64,000 nucleotides of DNA, taken from NCBI GenBank assembly GCA_964016885.1, contig OZ024756.1:43152001-43216000 (forward strand), written 5' to 3'. Source of the stretch: Eledone cirrhosa. Taxonomy: Eukaryota. A program made the translations under genes and the position numbers. The notes below the pieces were generated by a model. The model did no database searches and had not been told where the DNA came from. It saw only the letters and a list, made by a program, of their open reading frames with translations. Below are positions 14,900 to 31,099 of this stretch, in pieces (within the stretch, counting starts at the first letter, position 1; each line of letters starts with the position of its first letter).

Positions 14900-17800
14900 A
14901 GACATTGGACACACTCTAGACACAGACATTGGACACACACACTAGTGACAGACATTGGACACACACTAGAGACATACATTGGACACACAAGAGACAGACA
15001 TTGGACAGACACTAGAGACAGACATTGGACACACACTAGAAACAAACATTGGACACACACTAGAGACAAACATTGGACACACACTAGAGAGAGACATTGG
15101 ACACGCACTAGAGACAGACATTGGACACACACACTAGAGACAGACATTAGACACACACTAGAGACAGACATTGGACACACACTAGAGACAGACATTGGAC
15201 ACACACACTTCAGAGAGATATTGGACACACTCCAGAGACAGACATTGGACACACACTAGAGAGAGACATTGGACACGCACTAGAGACAGACATTGGACAC
15301 ACACACAATAGACAGACATTAGACACACACTAGAGACAGACATTGGACACACATTAGAGACAGACATTGGAGACACACACTAGAGACAGACATTGGACAC
15401 ACACTAGAGACGGACATAGGACACACACTAGAGACAGACATAGGACACACACTAGAGACAGACATGGGACACACACTAGAGACACACTTTGGACACACAC
15501 ACTAGAGACAGACATTAGACACACACTAGACACAGACATTGGACACACACTAGAGACAGACATTGGACATACACACGAGACAGTCATTGGACACACACTA
15601 GAAACAGACATTGGACACACACTAGAGACAGACATTGGACACACACACTAGAGACAGACATTGGACACAAACTAGAGACAGACATTGGACATACACACGA
15701 GACAGACATTGGACACACACTAGAAACAGACATTGGAGACACACTAGAGACAGACATTGGACACACACACTAGAGACAGGCATTGGACACACACGAGAGA
15801 CAGACATTAGACACACACTAGAGACAGACATTGGACACACACTAGAGACAGACATTGGAGACACACTAGAGACAGATATTGGAGACACACACTAGAGACA
15901 GACATTGGACACACACTAGAAACAGACGTTGGACACAAACTAGAGACAGACATTGGACATACACTAGCTACAGACATTGGACACACACTAGAGAGAGACA
16001 TTGGACACACAGCAGAGTCAGACATTGGACACACACTAGAAACAGACATTGGACACACACTAGAGACAGACATTGGACACACACACGAGATACGGACATT
16101 GGACACTCACTAGAGACAGACATTAGACACACACATTAGAGACAGACATTGGACACACACTAGAGACAGACATTGGACTCACACTAGAGACAGACGTTGG
16201 ACACACACTAGAGACAGACATTGGACACACACTAGAGACAGACATTGGACACACACTAGAAACAGACATTGGACACACACTAGAGACAGACATTGGACAC
16301 ACACTAGAGACAGACATTGGACACACACTAGAGAGAGACATTGGACACCCACTAGAAACAGACATTGGACACACACTAGAGACAGACATTGGACACACAC
16401 TAGAGACAGACATTGGACACACACTAGAGACAGACATTGGACACACACTAGATACAGACATTGGACACACACTAGATACAGACGTTGAACACACACTAGA
16501 GACAGACATTGGACACACACACTAGAGACAGACATTGGACACATACTAGAGACAGACATTGGACACACATTAGAGACAGACATTGGACACTCACTAGAGA
16601 CAGACATTGGACACAGACTAGAGACAGACATTGGACACACACTAAATACAGATATTGGACACACACTAGAGACAGACATTGGACACACACTAGAGACAGA
16701 CATTGGACACACACTAGAGACAGACATTGGACTCACACTAGAGACAGACGTTGGACACACATTAGAGACAGACATTGGACACACACTAGAGACAGACATT
16801 GGACACACACTAGAAACAGACATTGGACACACACTAGAGACAGATATTGGACACACACTAGAGACAGACATTGGACACACACTAGAGAGAGACATTGGAC
16901 ACCCACTAGAAACAGACATTGGACACACACTAGAGACAGACATTGGACACACACTAGAGACAGACATTGGACACACACTAGAGACAGACATTGGACACAC
17001 ACTAGATACAGACATTGGACACACACTAGAGACAGACATTGGACACACACTAGAGACAGACATTGGACACACACTGGAGACAGACATGGGACACACACTA
17101 GAGACAGACATTGGACACACACACTAGAGACAGACATTGGACACACACGAGAGACAGACATTAGACACACACTAGAGACAGACATTAGACACACACTAGA
17201 GACAGACATTGGACACACACTAAAGACAGACATTAGACACACACTAAAGACGGACATTGGACACACACTAGAAACAGACATTGGACACACACCAGAGACA
17301 GACAATGGACACACACTAGAAATAGACATTGGACACACACTAGAGACAGACATTGGACTCACACTAGAGACAGACATTGGACACACACTAGAGACAGACA
17401 TTGGACACACACTAGAGACTGACATTGGACACACACTAGAGACAGACATTAGACACACACTAAAGACAGACATTGGACACACACTAGAAACAGACATTGG
17501 ACACACACTAGAGACAGACATTGGACACACACTAGAGACTGACATTGGACACACACTAGAGACAGACATTGTACACACACTAGAGAGAGACATTGGAAAC
17601 ACACTAGAAACACACATTGGACCCACACAAGAGACAGACATTGTACACATACTAGAGAGAGACATTGGACACACACTAGAGACAGGCATTGGACACACAC
17701 TAGAGACAGACATTGGACACACACTAGAGACTGACATTGGACACACTAGAGACAGACATTGTACACACACTAGAGAGAGACATTGGACACACACTAGAGA

Positions 17801-20250
17801 CAGACATTGGAGACACACTAGAGACAGGCATTGGACACGCACTAGAGACAGACATTGGACACACACTAGACACAGACATTGGACACACACACTAGTGACA
17901 GACATTGGACACACACTAGAGACATACAATGGACACACACAAGAGACAGACATTGGAAGACACTAGAGACAGACATTGGACACACACTAGAAACAGACAT
18001 TGGACACACACTAGAGACAAACTTTGGACACACACTAGAGAGAGACATTGGACACGCACTAGAGACAGACATTGGACACACACACTAGAGACAGACATTA
18101 GACACACACTAGAGACAGACATTGGACACACACTAGAGACAGACATTGGACACACACACTTCAGAGAGATATTGGACACACTCCAGAGATAGACATTGGA
18201 CTCACACTAGAGAGAGACATTGGACACGCACTAGAGACAGACATTGGACACACACTAGAAACAGACATTGGACACACACTAGAGACAAACATTGGACACA
18301 CACTAGAGAGAGACATTGGACACGCACTAGAGACTGACATTGGACACACACTAGAGACAGACATTGTACACACACTAGAGAGAGACATTGGACACACACT
18401 AGAGACAGACATTGGAGACACACTAGAGACAGGCATTGGACACGCACTAGAGATAGACATTGGACACACTCTAGACACAGACATTGGACACACACACTAG
18501 TGACAGACATTGGACACACACTAGAGACATACATTGGACACACAAGTGACAGACATTGGACAGACACTAGAGACAGACATTGGACACACACTAGAAACAG
18601 ACATTGGACACACACTAGAGACAAACATTGGACACACACTAGAGAGAGACATTGGACACGCACTAGAGACAGACATTGGACACACACACTAGAGACAGAC
18701 ATTAGACACACACTAGAGACAGACATTGGTCACACACTAGAGACAGACATTGGACACACACACTTCAGAGAGATATTGGACACACTCCAGAGACAGACAT
18801 TGGACACACACTAGAGAGAGACATTGGACACGCACTAGAGACAGACATTGGACACACACACTAGAGACAGACATTAGACACACACTAGAGACAGACATTG
18901 GACACACACTAGAGACAGACATTGGAGACACACACTAGAGACAGACATTGGACACACACTAGAGACGGACATAGGACACACACTAGAGACAGACATAGGA
19001 CACACACTAGAGACAGACATGGGACACACACTAGAGACACACTTTGGACACACACACTAGAGACAGACATTAGACACACACTAGACACAGACATTGGACA
19101 CACACTAGAGACAGACATTGGACATACACACCAGACAGTCATTGGACACACACTAGAAACAGACATTGGACACACACTAGAGACAGACATTGGACACACA
19201 CACTAGAGACAGACATTGGACACAAACTAGAGACAGACATTGGACATACACACGAGACAGACATTGGACACACACTAGAAACAGACATTGGAGACACACT
19301 AGAGACAGACATTGGACACACACACTAGAGACAGGCATTGGACACACACGAGAGACAGACATTAGACACACACTAGAGACAGACATTGGACACACACTAG
19401 AGACAGACATTGGAGACACACTAGAGACAGATATTGGAGACACACACTAGAGACAGACATTGGACACACACTAGAAACAGACATTGGACACAAACTAGAG
19501 ACAGACATTGGACATACACTAGATACAGACATTGGACACACACTAGAGAGAGACATTGGACACACAGCAGAGACAGACATTGGACACACACTAGAAACAG
19601 ACATTGGACACACACTAGAGACAGACATTGGACACACACACGAGATACGGACATTGGACACTCACTAGAGACAGACATTAAACACACACATTAGAGACAG
19701 ACATTGGACACACACTAGAGACAGACATTGGACTCACACTAGAGACAGACGTTGGACACACACTAGAGACAGACATTGGACACACACTAGAGACAGACAT
19801 TGGACACACACTAGAAACAGACATTGGACACACACTAGAGACAGACATTGGACACACACTAGAGACAGACATTGGACACACACTAGAGAGAGACATTGGA
19901 CACCCACTAGAAACAGACATTGGACACACACTAGAGACAGACATTGGACACACACTAGAGACAGACATTGGACACACACTAGAGACAGACATTGGACACA
20001 CACTAGATACAGACATTGGACACACACTAGATACAGACGTTGAACACACACTAGAGACAGACATTGGACACACACACTAGAGACAGACATTGGACACACA
20101 CTAGAGACAGACATTGGACACACATTAGAGACAGACATTGGACACTCACTAGAGACAGACATTGGACACAGACTAGAGACAGACATTGGACACACACTAA
20201 ATACAGACATTGGACACACACTAGAGACAGACATTGGACACACACTAGAG
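14900..20250 (+). repeat. Duplicated ~1.8-kb block at 3555-bp offset (~14.9-16.7 kb vs ~18.45-20.25 kb), slightly diverged
   Basis: ORF pairs 14945/18500, 15182/18737, 15354/18909, 15622/19177, 15807/19362 and 16123/19678 share an offset of 3555 with a few substitutions. Confidence 0.88.
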
Positions 20251-23200
20251 ACAGACATTGGAGACACACTAGAGACAGACATTGGAGACACACTAGAGAC
20301 AGATATTGGAGACACACACTAGAGACAGACATTGGACACACACTAGAGACAGACATTAGACACACATTAGAGACAGACATTGGACACACACACTAGAGAC
20401 AGACATTGGACACACACTAGAGACAGACATTGGACACACACAGAGACAGACATGGGACACACACACTAGAGAGAGACATTGGACACACACTAGAGACAGA
20501 CATTGGACACACACTAGAGACAGACATTGGACACACACTAGAGACAGACATTGGACACACACTGGAGACAGACATTGGACACACACTAGAGACAGACATT
20601 GGACACACACTAGAGACAGACATTGGACACACACTAGAGACAGACATTGGACACACACTAGAGACAGACATTAGACACACACTAAAGACGGACATTGGAC
20701 ACACACTAGAAACAGACATTGGACACACACCAGAGACAGACAATGGACACACACTAGAAATAGACATTGGACACACACTAGAGACAGACATTGGACTCAC
20801 ACTAGAGACAGACATTGGACACACACTAGAGACAGACATTGGACACACACTAGAGACTGACATTGGGGACACACTAGAGACAGACATTAGACACACACTA
20901 AAGACAGACATTGGACACACACTAGAAACAGACATTGGACACACACTAGAGACAGACATTGGACACACACTAGAGACTGACATTGGACACACACTAGAGA
21001 CAGACATTGTACACACACTAGAGAGAGACATTGGAAACACACTAGAGACAGACATTGGACACACACTAGAGACAGACATTGGACACACAGAGACAGACAT
21101 GGGACACACACACTAGAGAGAGACTTTGGACACACACTAGAGACAGACATTGGACACCCACTAGAGACAGACATTGGACACACACTAGAAACAGACATTG
21201 GACACACACTAGAGACAGACATTGGACACACACTAGAGACAGACATTGGACACACACTAGAGACAGACATTGGACACACACACACACTAGAGACGGACAT
21301 TGGACACACAGTAGAAACGGACATTGGACACACACCAGAGACAGACAATGGACACACACTAGAAACAGACATTGGACACACACTAGAGACAGACATTGGA
21401 CTCACACTAGAGACAGACATTGGACACACACTAGAGACAGACATTGGACACACACTAGAGACTGACATTGGACACACACTAGAGACAGACATTAGACACA
21501 CACTAAAGACAGACATTGGACACACACTAGAAACAGACATTGGACACACACTAGAGACAGACATTGGACACACACTAGAGACTGACATTGGACACACACT
21601 AGAGACAGACATTGTACACACACTAGAGAGACATTGGAAACACACTAGAGACAGACATTGGACACACACTAGAGACAGACATTGGACACACACAGAGACA
21701 GACATGGGACACACACACTAGAGAGAGACATTGGACACACACTAGAGACAGACATTGGACACCCACTAGAGACAGACATTGGACACACACTAGAAACAGA
21801 CATTGGACACACACTAGAGACAGACATTGGACACACACTAGAGACAGACATTGGACACACACTAGAGACAGACATTAGACACACACTAGAGACAGACATT
21901 GGACACACACTAGAGACAGATATTGGACACACACAAGAGACAGACATTGTACACACACTAGAGAGAGACATTGGACACACTCTAGAGACAGGCATTGGAC
22001 ACACACTAGAGACAGACATTGGACACACAGTAGAGACTGACATTGGACACATACTAGAGACAGACATTGTACACACACTAGAGAGAGACATTGGACACAC
22101 ACTAGAGATAGACATTGGAGACACACTAGAGACAGTCATTGGACACGCACTAGAGACAGACATTGGACACACACTAGACACAGACATTGGACACACACAC
22201 TAGTGACAGACATTGGACACACACTAGAGACATACAATGGACACACACAAGAGACAGACATTGGACAGACACTAGAGACAGACATTGGACACACACTAGA
22301 GACAGACATTGGACACACAATAGAGACAAACATTGGACACACACTAGAGAGAGACATTGGACACGCACTAGAGACAGACATTGGACACACACACTAGAGA
22401 CAGACATTAGACACACACTAGAGTCAGACATTGGACACACACTAGAGACAGACATTGGACACACACACTTCAGAGAGATATTGGACACACTCCAGAGATA
22501 GACATTGGACACACACTAGAGAGAGACATTGGACACGCACTAGAGACAGACATTGGACACACACACTAGAGACAGACATTAGACACACACTAGAGACAGA
22601 CATTGGACACACACTAGAAACAGACATTGGACACACACTAGAGACAGACATTGGACACACACTAGAGACAGACATTAGACACACACTAGAGACAGACATT
22701 GGACACACACTAGAGACTGACATTGGACACACACAAGAGACAGACATTGTACACACACTAGAGAGAGACATTGGACACACACTAGAGACAGGCATTGGAC
22801 ACACACTAGAGACAGGCATTGGACACACACTAGAGACTGACATTGGACACATACTAGAGACAGACATTGTACACACACTAGAGAGAGACATTGGACACAC
22901 ACTAGAGACAGACATTGGACACACACTAGAGACAGACATTGGAGACACACACTAGAGACAGACATTGGACACACACTAGAGACGGACATAGGACACACAC
23001 TAGAGACAGACATAGGACACACACTAGAGACAGACATTGGGCAAACACTAGAGACAGACATTGGACACACACTAGAGACAGACTTTGGACACACACACTA
23101 GAGACAGACATTGGAGACACACTAGAGACAGACATTGGACACACACAGAGACAGACATGGGACACACACTAGAGACAGACATTGGACACACACTAGAGAC

Positions 23201-23769
23201 AGACATTGGACACACACTAGAGACAGACATTGGACACACACTAGAAACAGACATTGGACACACACTAGAGACAGACATTGGACACACACTAGAGACAGAC
23301 ATTGGACACACACTAGAGACAGACATTGTACACACACTAGAGAGAGACATTGGAAACACACTAGAGACAGACATTGGACACACACTAGAGACAGACATTG
23401 GACACACACAGAGACAGACATGGAACACACACACTAGAGAGAGACATTGGACACACACTAGAGACAGACATTGGACACCCACTAGAGACAGACATTGGAC
23501 ACACACTAGAAACAGACATTGGACACACACTAGAGACAGACATTGGACACACACTAGAGACAGACATTAGACACACACTAGAGACAGACATTGGACACAC
23601 ACTAGAGACTGACATTGGACACACACAAGAGACAGACATTGTACACACACTAGAGAGAGACATTGGACACACACTAGAGACAGGCATTGGACACACACTA
23701 GAGACAGGCATTGGACACACACTAGAGACTGACATTGGACACATACTAGAGACAGACATTGTACACACA

Positions 23770-26700
23770 CTAGAGAGAGACATTGGACACACACTAGAGA
23801 TAGACATTGGAGACACACTAGAGACAGGCATTGAACACGCACTAGAGACAGACATTGGACACACACTAGACACAGACATTGGACACACACACTAGTGACA
23901 GACATTGGACACACACTAGAGACATACAATGGACACACACAAGAGACATACATTGGACAGACACTAGAGACAGACATTGGACACACACTAGAGACAGACA
24001 TTGGACACACACTAGAGACAGACATTGGACACACACTAGAGACAGACATTGGACACACACTAGAGACAGACATTGGACACACACTAGAAACAGACATTGG
24101 ACACACACTAGAGACAGACATTGGACACACACTGGAGACAGACATTGGACACACACTAGAGACAGACATTGGACACACACTAGAGACAGACATTGTACAC
24201 ACACTAGAGAGAGACATTGGAAACACACTAGAGACAGACATTGGACACACACTAGAGACAGACATTGGACACACACAGAGACAGACATGGGACACACACA
24301 CTAGAGAGAGACATTGGACACACACTAGAGACAGACATTGGACACCCACTAGAGACAGACATTGGACACACACTAGAAACAGACATTGGACACACACTAG
24401 AGACAGACATTGGACACACACTAGAGACAGACATTGGACACACACTAGAGACAGACAATAGACACACACTAGAGACAGACATTGGACACACACTAGAGAC
24501 TGACATTGGACACACACAAGAGACAGACATTGTACACACACTAGAGAGAGACATTGGACACACACTAGAGACAGGCATTGGACACACACTAGAGACAGAC
24601 ATTGGACACACACTAGAGACTGACATTGGACACACACTAGAGACAGACATTGGACACATACTAGAGACAGACATTGTACACACACTAGAGAGAGACATTG
24701 GACACACACTAGAGATAGACATTGGACACACACACTAGTGACAGACATTGGACACACACTAGAGACAGACATTGGACACACACTAGAGACAGACATTGGA
24801 CACACACAAGAGACAGACATTGTACACACACTAGAGAGAGACATTGGACACACACTAGAGACAGGCATTGGACACACACTAGAGACAGACATTGGACACA
24901 CACTAGAGACTGACATTGGACACATACTAGAGACAGACATTGTACACACACTAGAGAGAGACATTGGACACACACTAGAGATAGACATTGGAGACACACT
25001 AGAGACAGGCATTGGACACGCACTAGAGACAGACATTGGACACACACTAGACACAGACATTGGACACACACACTAGTGACAGACATTGGACACACACAAG
25101 AGACAGACATTGGACAGACACTAGAGACAGACATTGGACACACACTAGAGACAGACATTGGACACACACTAGAGACAAACATTGGACACACACTAGAGAG
25201 AGACATTGGACACGCACTAGAGAAGACATTGGACACACACACTAGAGACAGACATTAGACACACACTAGAGACAGACATTGGACACACACTAGAGACAGA
25301 CATTGGACACACACACTTCAGAGAGATATTGGACACACTCCAGAGATAGACATTGGACACACACTAGAGAGAGACATTGGACACGCACTAGAGACAGACA
25401 TTGGACACACACACTAGAGACAGACATTAGACACACACTAGAGACAGACATTGGACACACACTAGAGACAGACATTGGAGACACACACTAGAGACAGACA
25501 TTGGAACACACTAGAGACGGACATAGGACACACACTAGAGACAGACATAGGACACACACTAGAAACAGACATGGGACACACACTAGAGACAGACTTTGGA
25601 CACACACACTAGAGACAGACATTGGAGACACACTAGAGACAGACATTGGACACACACAGAGACAGACATGGGACACACACTAGAGACAGACATTGGACAC
25701 ACACTAGAGACAGACATTGGACACACACTAGAGACAGACATTGGACACACACTAGAAACAGACATTGGACACACACTAGAGACAGACATTGGACACACAC
25801 TAGAGACAGACATTGGACACACACTAGAGACAGACATTGGACACACACTAGAGACAGACATTAGACACACACTAGAGACAGACATTGGACACACACTAGA
25901 GACTGACATTGGACACACACAAGAGACAGACATTGTACACACACTAGAGAGAGACATTGGACACACACTAGAGACAGGCATTGGACACACACTAGAGACA
26001 GGCATTGGACACACACTAGAGACTGACATTGGACACACACTAGAGACAGACATTGGACACACACTAGAGACAGACATTTGACACACACTAGAGACAGACA
26101 TTAGACACACACTAGAGACAGACATTGGACACACACTAGAGACTGACATTGGACACACACAAGAGACAGACATTGTACACACACTAGAGAGAGACATTGG
26201 ACACACACTAGAGACAGGCATTGGACACACACTAGAGACAGACATTGGACACACACTAGAGACTGACATTGGACACACACAGAGACAGACATGGAACACA
26301 CACACTAGAGAGATACATTGGACACACACTAGAGACAGACATTGGACACCCACTAGAGACAGACATTGGACACACACTAGAAACAGACATTGGACACACA
26401 CTAGAGACAGACATTGGACACACACTAGAGACAGACATTGGACACACACTAGAGACAGACATTAGACACACACTAGAGACAGACATTGGACACACACTAG
26501 AGACTGACATTGGACACACACAAGAGACAGACATTGTACACACACTAGAGAGAGACATTGGACACACACTAGAGACAGGCATTGGACACACACTAGAGAC
26601 AGGCATTGGACACACACTAGAGACAGACATTGGACACACACTAGAGACAGACATTGGACACACACTAGAGACAGACATTAGACACACACTAGAGACAGAC

Positions 26701-27950
26701 ATTGGACACACACTAGAGACTGACATTGGACACACACAAGAGACAGACATTGTACACACACTAGAGAGAGACATTGGACACACACTAGAGACAGGCATTG
26801 GACACACACTAGAGACAGACATTGGACACACACTAGAGACTGACATTGGACACACACTAGAGACAGACATTGGACACACACTAGAGAGAGACATTGGACA
26901 CACACTAGAGATAGACATTGGAGACACACTAGAGACAGGCATTGGACACGCACTAGAGACAGCCATTGGACACACACTAGACACAGACATTGGACACACA
27001 CACTAGTGACAGACATTGGACACACACTAGAGACATACAATGGACACACACAAGAGACAGACATTGGACAGACACTAGAGACAGACATTGGACACACACT
27101 AGAGACAGACATTGGACACACACTAGAGACAGACATTGGACACACACTAGAGACAGACATTGGACACACACTAGAGACAGACATTGGACACACACTAGAA
27201 ACAGACATTGGACACACACTAGAGACAGACATTGGACACACACTAGAGACAGACATTGGACACACACTAGAGACAGACATTGGACACACACTAGAGACAG
27301 ACATTGTACACACACTAGAGAGAGACATTGGAAACACACTAGAGACAAACATTGGACACACACTAGAGACAGACATTGGACACACACAGAGACAGACATG
27401 GGACACACACACTAGAGAGAGACATTGGACACACACTAGAGACAGACATTGGACACCCACTAGAGAGAGACATTGGACACACACTAGAAACAGACATTGG
27501 ACACACACTAGAGACAGACATTGGACACACACTAGAGACAGACATTGGACACACACTAGAGACAGACAATAGACACACACTAGAGACAGACATTGGACAC
27601 ACACTAGAGACTGACATTGGACACACACAAGAGACAGACATTGTACACACACTAGAGAGAGACATTGGACACACACTAGAGACAGGCATTGGACACACAC
27701 TAGAGACAGACATTGGACACACACTAGAGACTGACATTGGACACACACTAGAGACAGACATTGTACACACACTAGAGAGAGACATTGGACACACACTAGA
27801 GATAGACATTGGACACACACACTAGTGACAGACATTGGACACACACTAGAGACAGACATTGGACACACACTAGAGACAGACATTGGACACACACAAGAGA
27901 CAGACATTGTACACACACTAGAGAGAGACATTGGACACACACTAGAGAAA
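23770..27950 (+). repeat. Duplicated ~1-kb block at ~3111-bp offset (~23.8-24.85 kb vs ~26.9-27.95 kb)
   Basis: ORF pairs 23866/26977, 23879/26990, 23895/27006 and 24252/27363 are offset by 3111. One monomer is lost in the later copy. Confidence 0.85.
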
Positions 27951-30900
27951 GGCATTGGACACACACTAGAGACAGACATTGTACACACACTAGAGAGAGA
28001 CATTGGAGACACACTAGAGACAGGCATTGGACACACACTAGAGACAGACATTGGACACACACTAGAGACTGACATTGGACACACACTAGAGACAGACATT
28101 GTACACACACTAGAGACAGACATTAGACACACACTAGAGACAGACATTCGACACACACTAGAAACAGACATTGGACACACACTAGAGACAGACATTGGAC
28201 ACACACTAGAGACTGACATTGGACACACACAAGAGACAGACATTGTACACACACTAGAGAGAGACATTGGACACACACTAGAGACAGTCATTGGACACAC
28301 ACTAGAGACAGACATTGGACACACACTAGAGACTGACATTGGACACACACTAGAGACAGACATTGTACATACACTAGAGAGAGACATTGGACACACTAGA
28401 GACAGACATTGGACACACACTAGAGACAGACATTGGACAGACACAGAGACAGACATGGGACACACACACTAGAGAGAGACATTGGACACACACTAGAGAC
28501 ATACATTAGACACATACTAGAGACAGACATTGGACACACACTAGAGACAGACATTGGACACACACCAGAGACAGACATTGGACACACACTAGAGACAGAC
28601 ATTGGACACACACTAGAGACAGACATTGGACATAACTAGAGACAGACATTGGACACACACTAGAGACAGACATTGGTCACACACTAGAGACAGACATTGG
28701 ACACACACTAGAGACAGACATTAGACACACACACTACACAGACATTGGACACACACTGGAGACAGACAATGGACACACACTAGAGATAGACATTGGACAC
28801 ACACTAGAGACAGACATTGGACACACACTAGAAACAGACATTGGACACACACTAGAGACAGACATTGGACACACACTAGAGACAGACATTGGACACACAC
28901 TAGAGACAGACATTGGCCACACACTAGACACAGACATTGGACACACACACTAGTGACAGACATTGGACACACACTAGTGACAGACATTGGACACACACTA
29001 GAGACAGACATTGGACAGACACTAGAGACAGACATTGGACACACACTAGAAACAGACATTGGACACACACTAGAGACAGACATTGGACACACACTAGAGA
29101 GAGACATTGGACACACACACTAGATAGAGACATTAGACACACACACTAGAGAGAAATATTGGACACACACCAGAGACAGACATTGGACACACACTAGAGA
29201 GAGACATTGGACACGCACTAGAGACAGACATTAAACACATACTAGAAACAGACATTGGACACACACTAGAGAGATACATTGGACACACACTAGAGACAGA
29301 CATTGGACACACACTAGAGCCAGACATTGGACACACACTAGAGACAGACATTGGACACACACTAGAGACAGACATTGGACACACGCTAGAAACAAACATT
29401 GGACACACACTAGAGACAGACATTGGACACACACTAGAGACTGACATTGGACACACACAAGAGACTGACATTTTACACTCACTAGAGAGAGACATTGGAC
29501 ACACACTAGAGACAGGCATTGGACACACACAAGAGACTGACATTGGACACACACTAGAGACAGACATTGTACACACATTAGAGACAGACATTGGAGACAC
29601 ACACTAGAGATAGACATTGGACACACACTAGAGACGGACATAGGACACACACTAGAGACATACATAGGACACACACTAGAGACATACATGGGGCACACAC
29701 TACAGACAGACATTGGACACACACTATAGACAGACATTGGACACACACTAGAGACAGATATGGGACACACACTAGTGACAGACATTGGACACACACTAGA
29801 GACAGACAATGGACAGACAATAGAGAGAGACATTCGACCCACACACAAGAGACAGACATTGGACACACATTAGAGACAGACATTGGACACACACTAGAGA
29901 CAGACATTGGGCACACACTAGAGACAGACATTAGACACACACTAGAGACAGACATTAGACACACACTAGAGACAGACATTGGACACACACTAGAGAGAGA
30001 CATTGGACACGCACTAGAGACAGACATTGGACACGCACTAGAGACAGACATTGGACACACACACTAGAGACAGACATTAGACATACACTAGAGACAGACA
30101 TTGGACACACACTAGAGACAGACATTAGACACACACACTAGAGAGAGACATTAGACACACACACTACAGAGAGATATTGGACACACTCCAGAGACAGACA
30201 TTGGACACGCACTAGAGAGAGACATTGGACACGCACTAGAGACAGACATTGGACACACACACTACAGACAGACATTAGACACACACTAGAGACAGACATT
30301 GGACACACACTAGAGACAGACATTGGAGACACACACTACAGACAGACATTGGACACACACTAGAGACGGACATAGGACACACACTAGAGACAGACATTAG
30401 ACACACACTAGAAACAGACATTGGACACACACTAGAGACAGACATTGGACACACACTAGAGACAGACATTAGACACACACTAGAAACAGACATTGTACAC
30501 ACACTAGAGAGAGACATTGGACACACTAGAGACAGACATTGGACACACACTAGAGTCAGACATTGGACACACACTAGAGACAGACATTGGACACACACTA
30601 GAGACAGACATTGGACACACACTAGAGACAGACATTGGACACACACTAGAAACAGACATTGGACACACACTAGAGACAGACATTGGACACACACTAGAGA
30701 GAGACATTGGACACACACACTAGATAGAGACATTAGACACACACACTAGAGAGAGATATTGGACACACACCAGAGACAGACATTGGACACACACTAGAGA
30801 GAGACATTGGACACGCACTAGAGACAGACATTGGACACACACTAGAGCCAGACATTGGACACACACTAGAGACAGATATTGGACACACACTAGAGACAGA

Positions 30901-31099
30901 CATTGGACACACACTAGAGACAGACAATGGACAGACACTAGAGAGAGACATTCGACCCACACACAAGAGACAGACATTGGACACACATTAGAGACAGACA
31001 TTGGACACACACTAGAGACAGACATTGGGCACACACTAGAGACAGACATTAGACACACACTAGAGACAGACATTGGACACACACTAGAGACAGACATTG

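Noticed and set aside
16509-17966. 485-aa + strand ORF (TRDRHWTH then LETDIGHT repeats) and similar + strand ORFs
   Set aside because: It is a direct translation of the 24-bp unit and starts at a TTG inside the repeat. It switches peptide frame at a CA indel and has no unique N or C terminus. Frame-breaking indels occur throughout the array, so there is no sign of coding constraint.
26678-28465. 595-aa minus-strand Cys-rich ORF (VCPMSVSS / CVQCLSLV, CxxC-like) and similar ORFs
   Set aside because: The CxxC spacing is just the TG-rich strand read in a stop-free frame. The ORFs overlap in several frames on both strands, and there is no evidence for a metallothionein, keratin-associated or zinc-finger gene.
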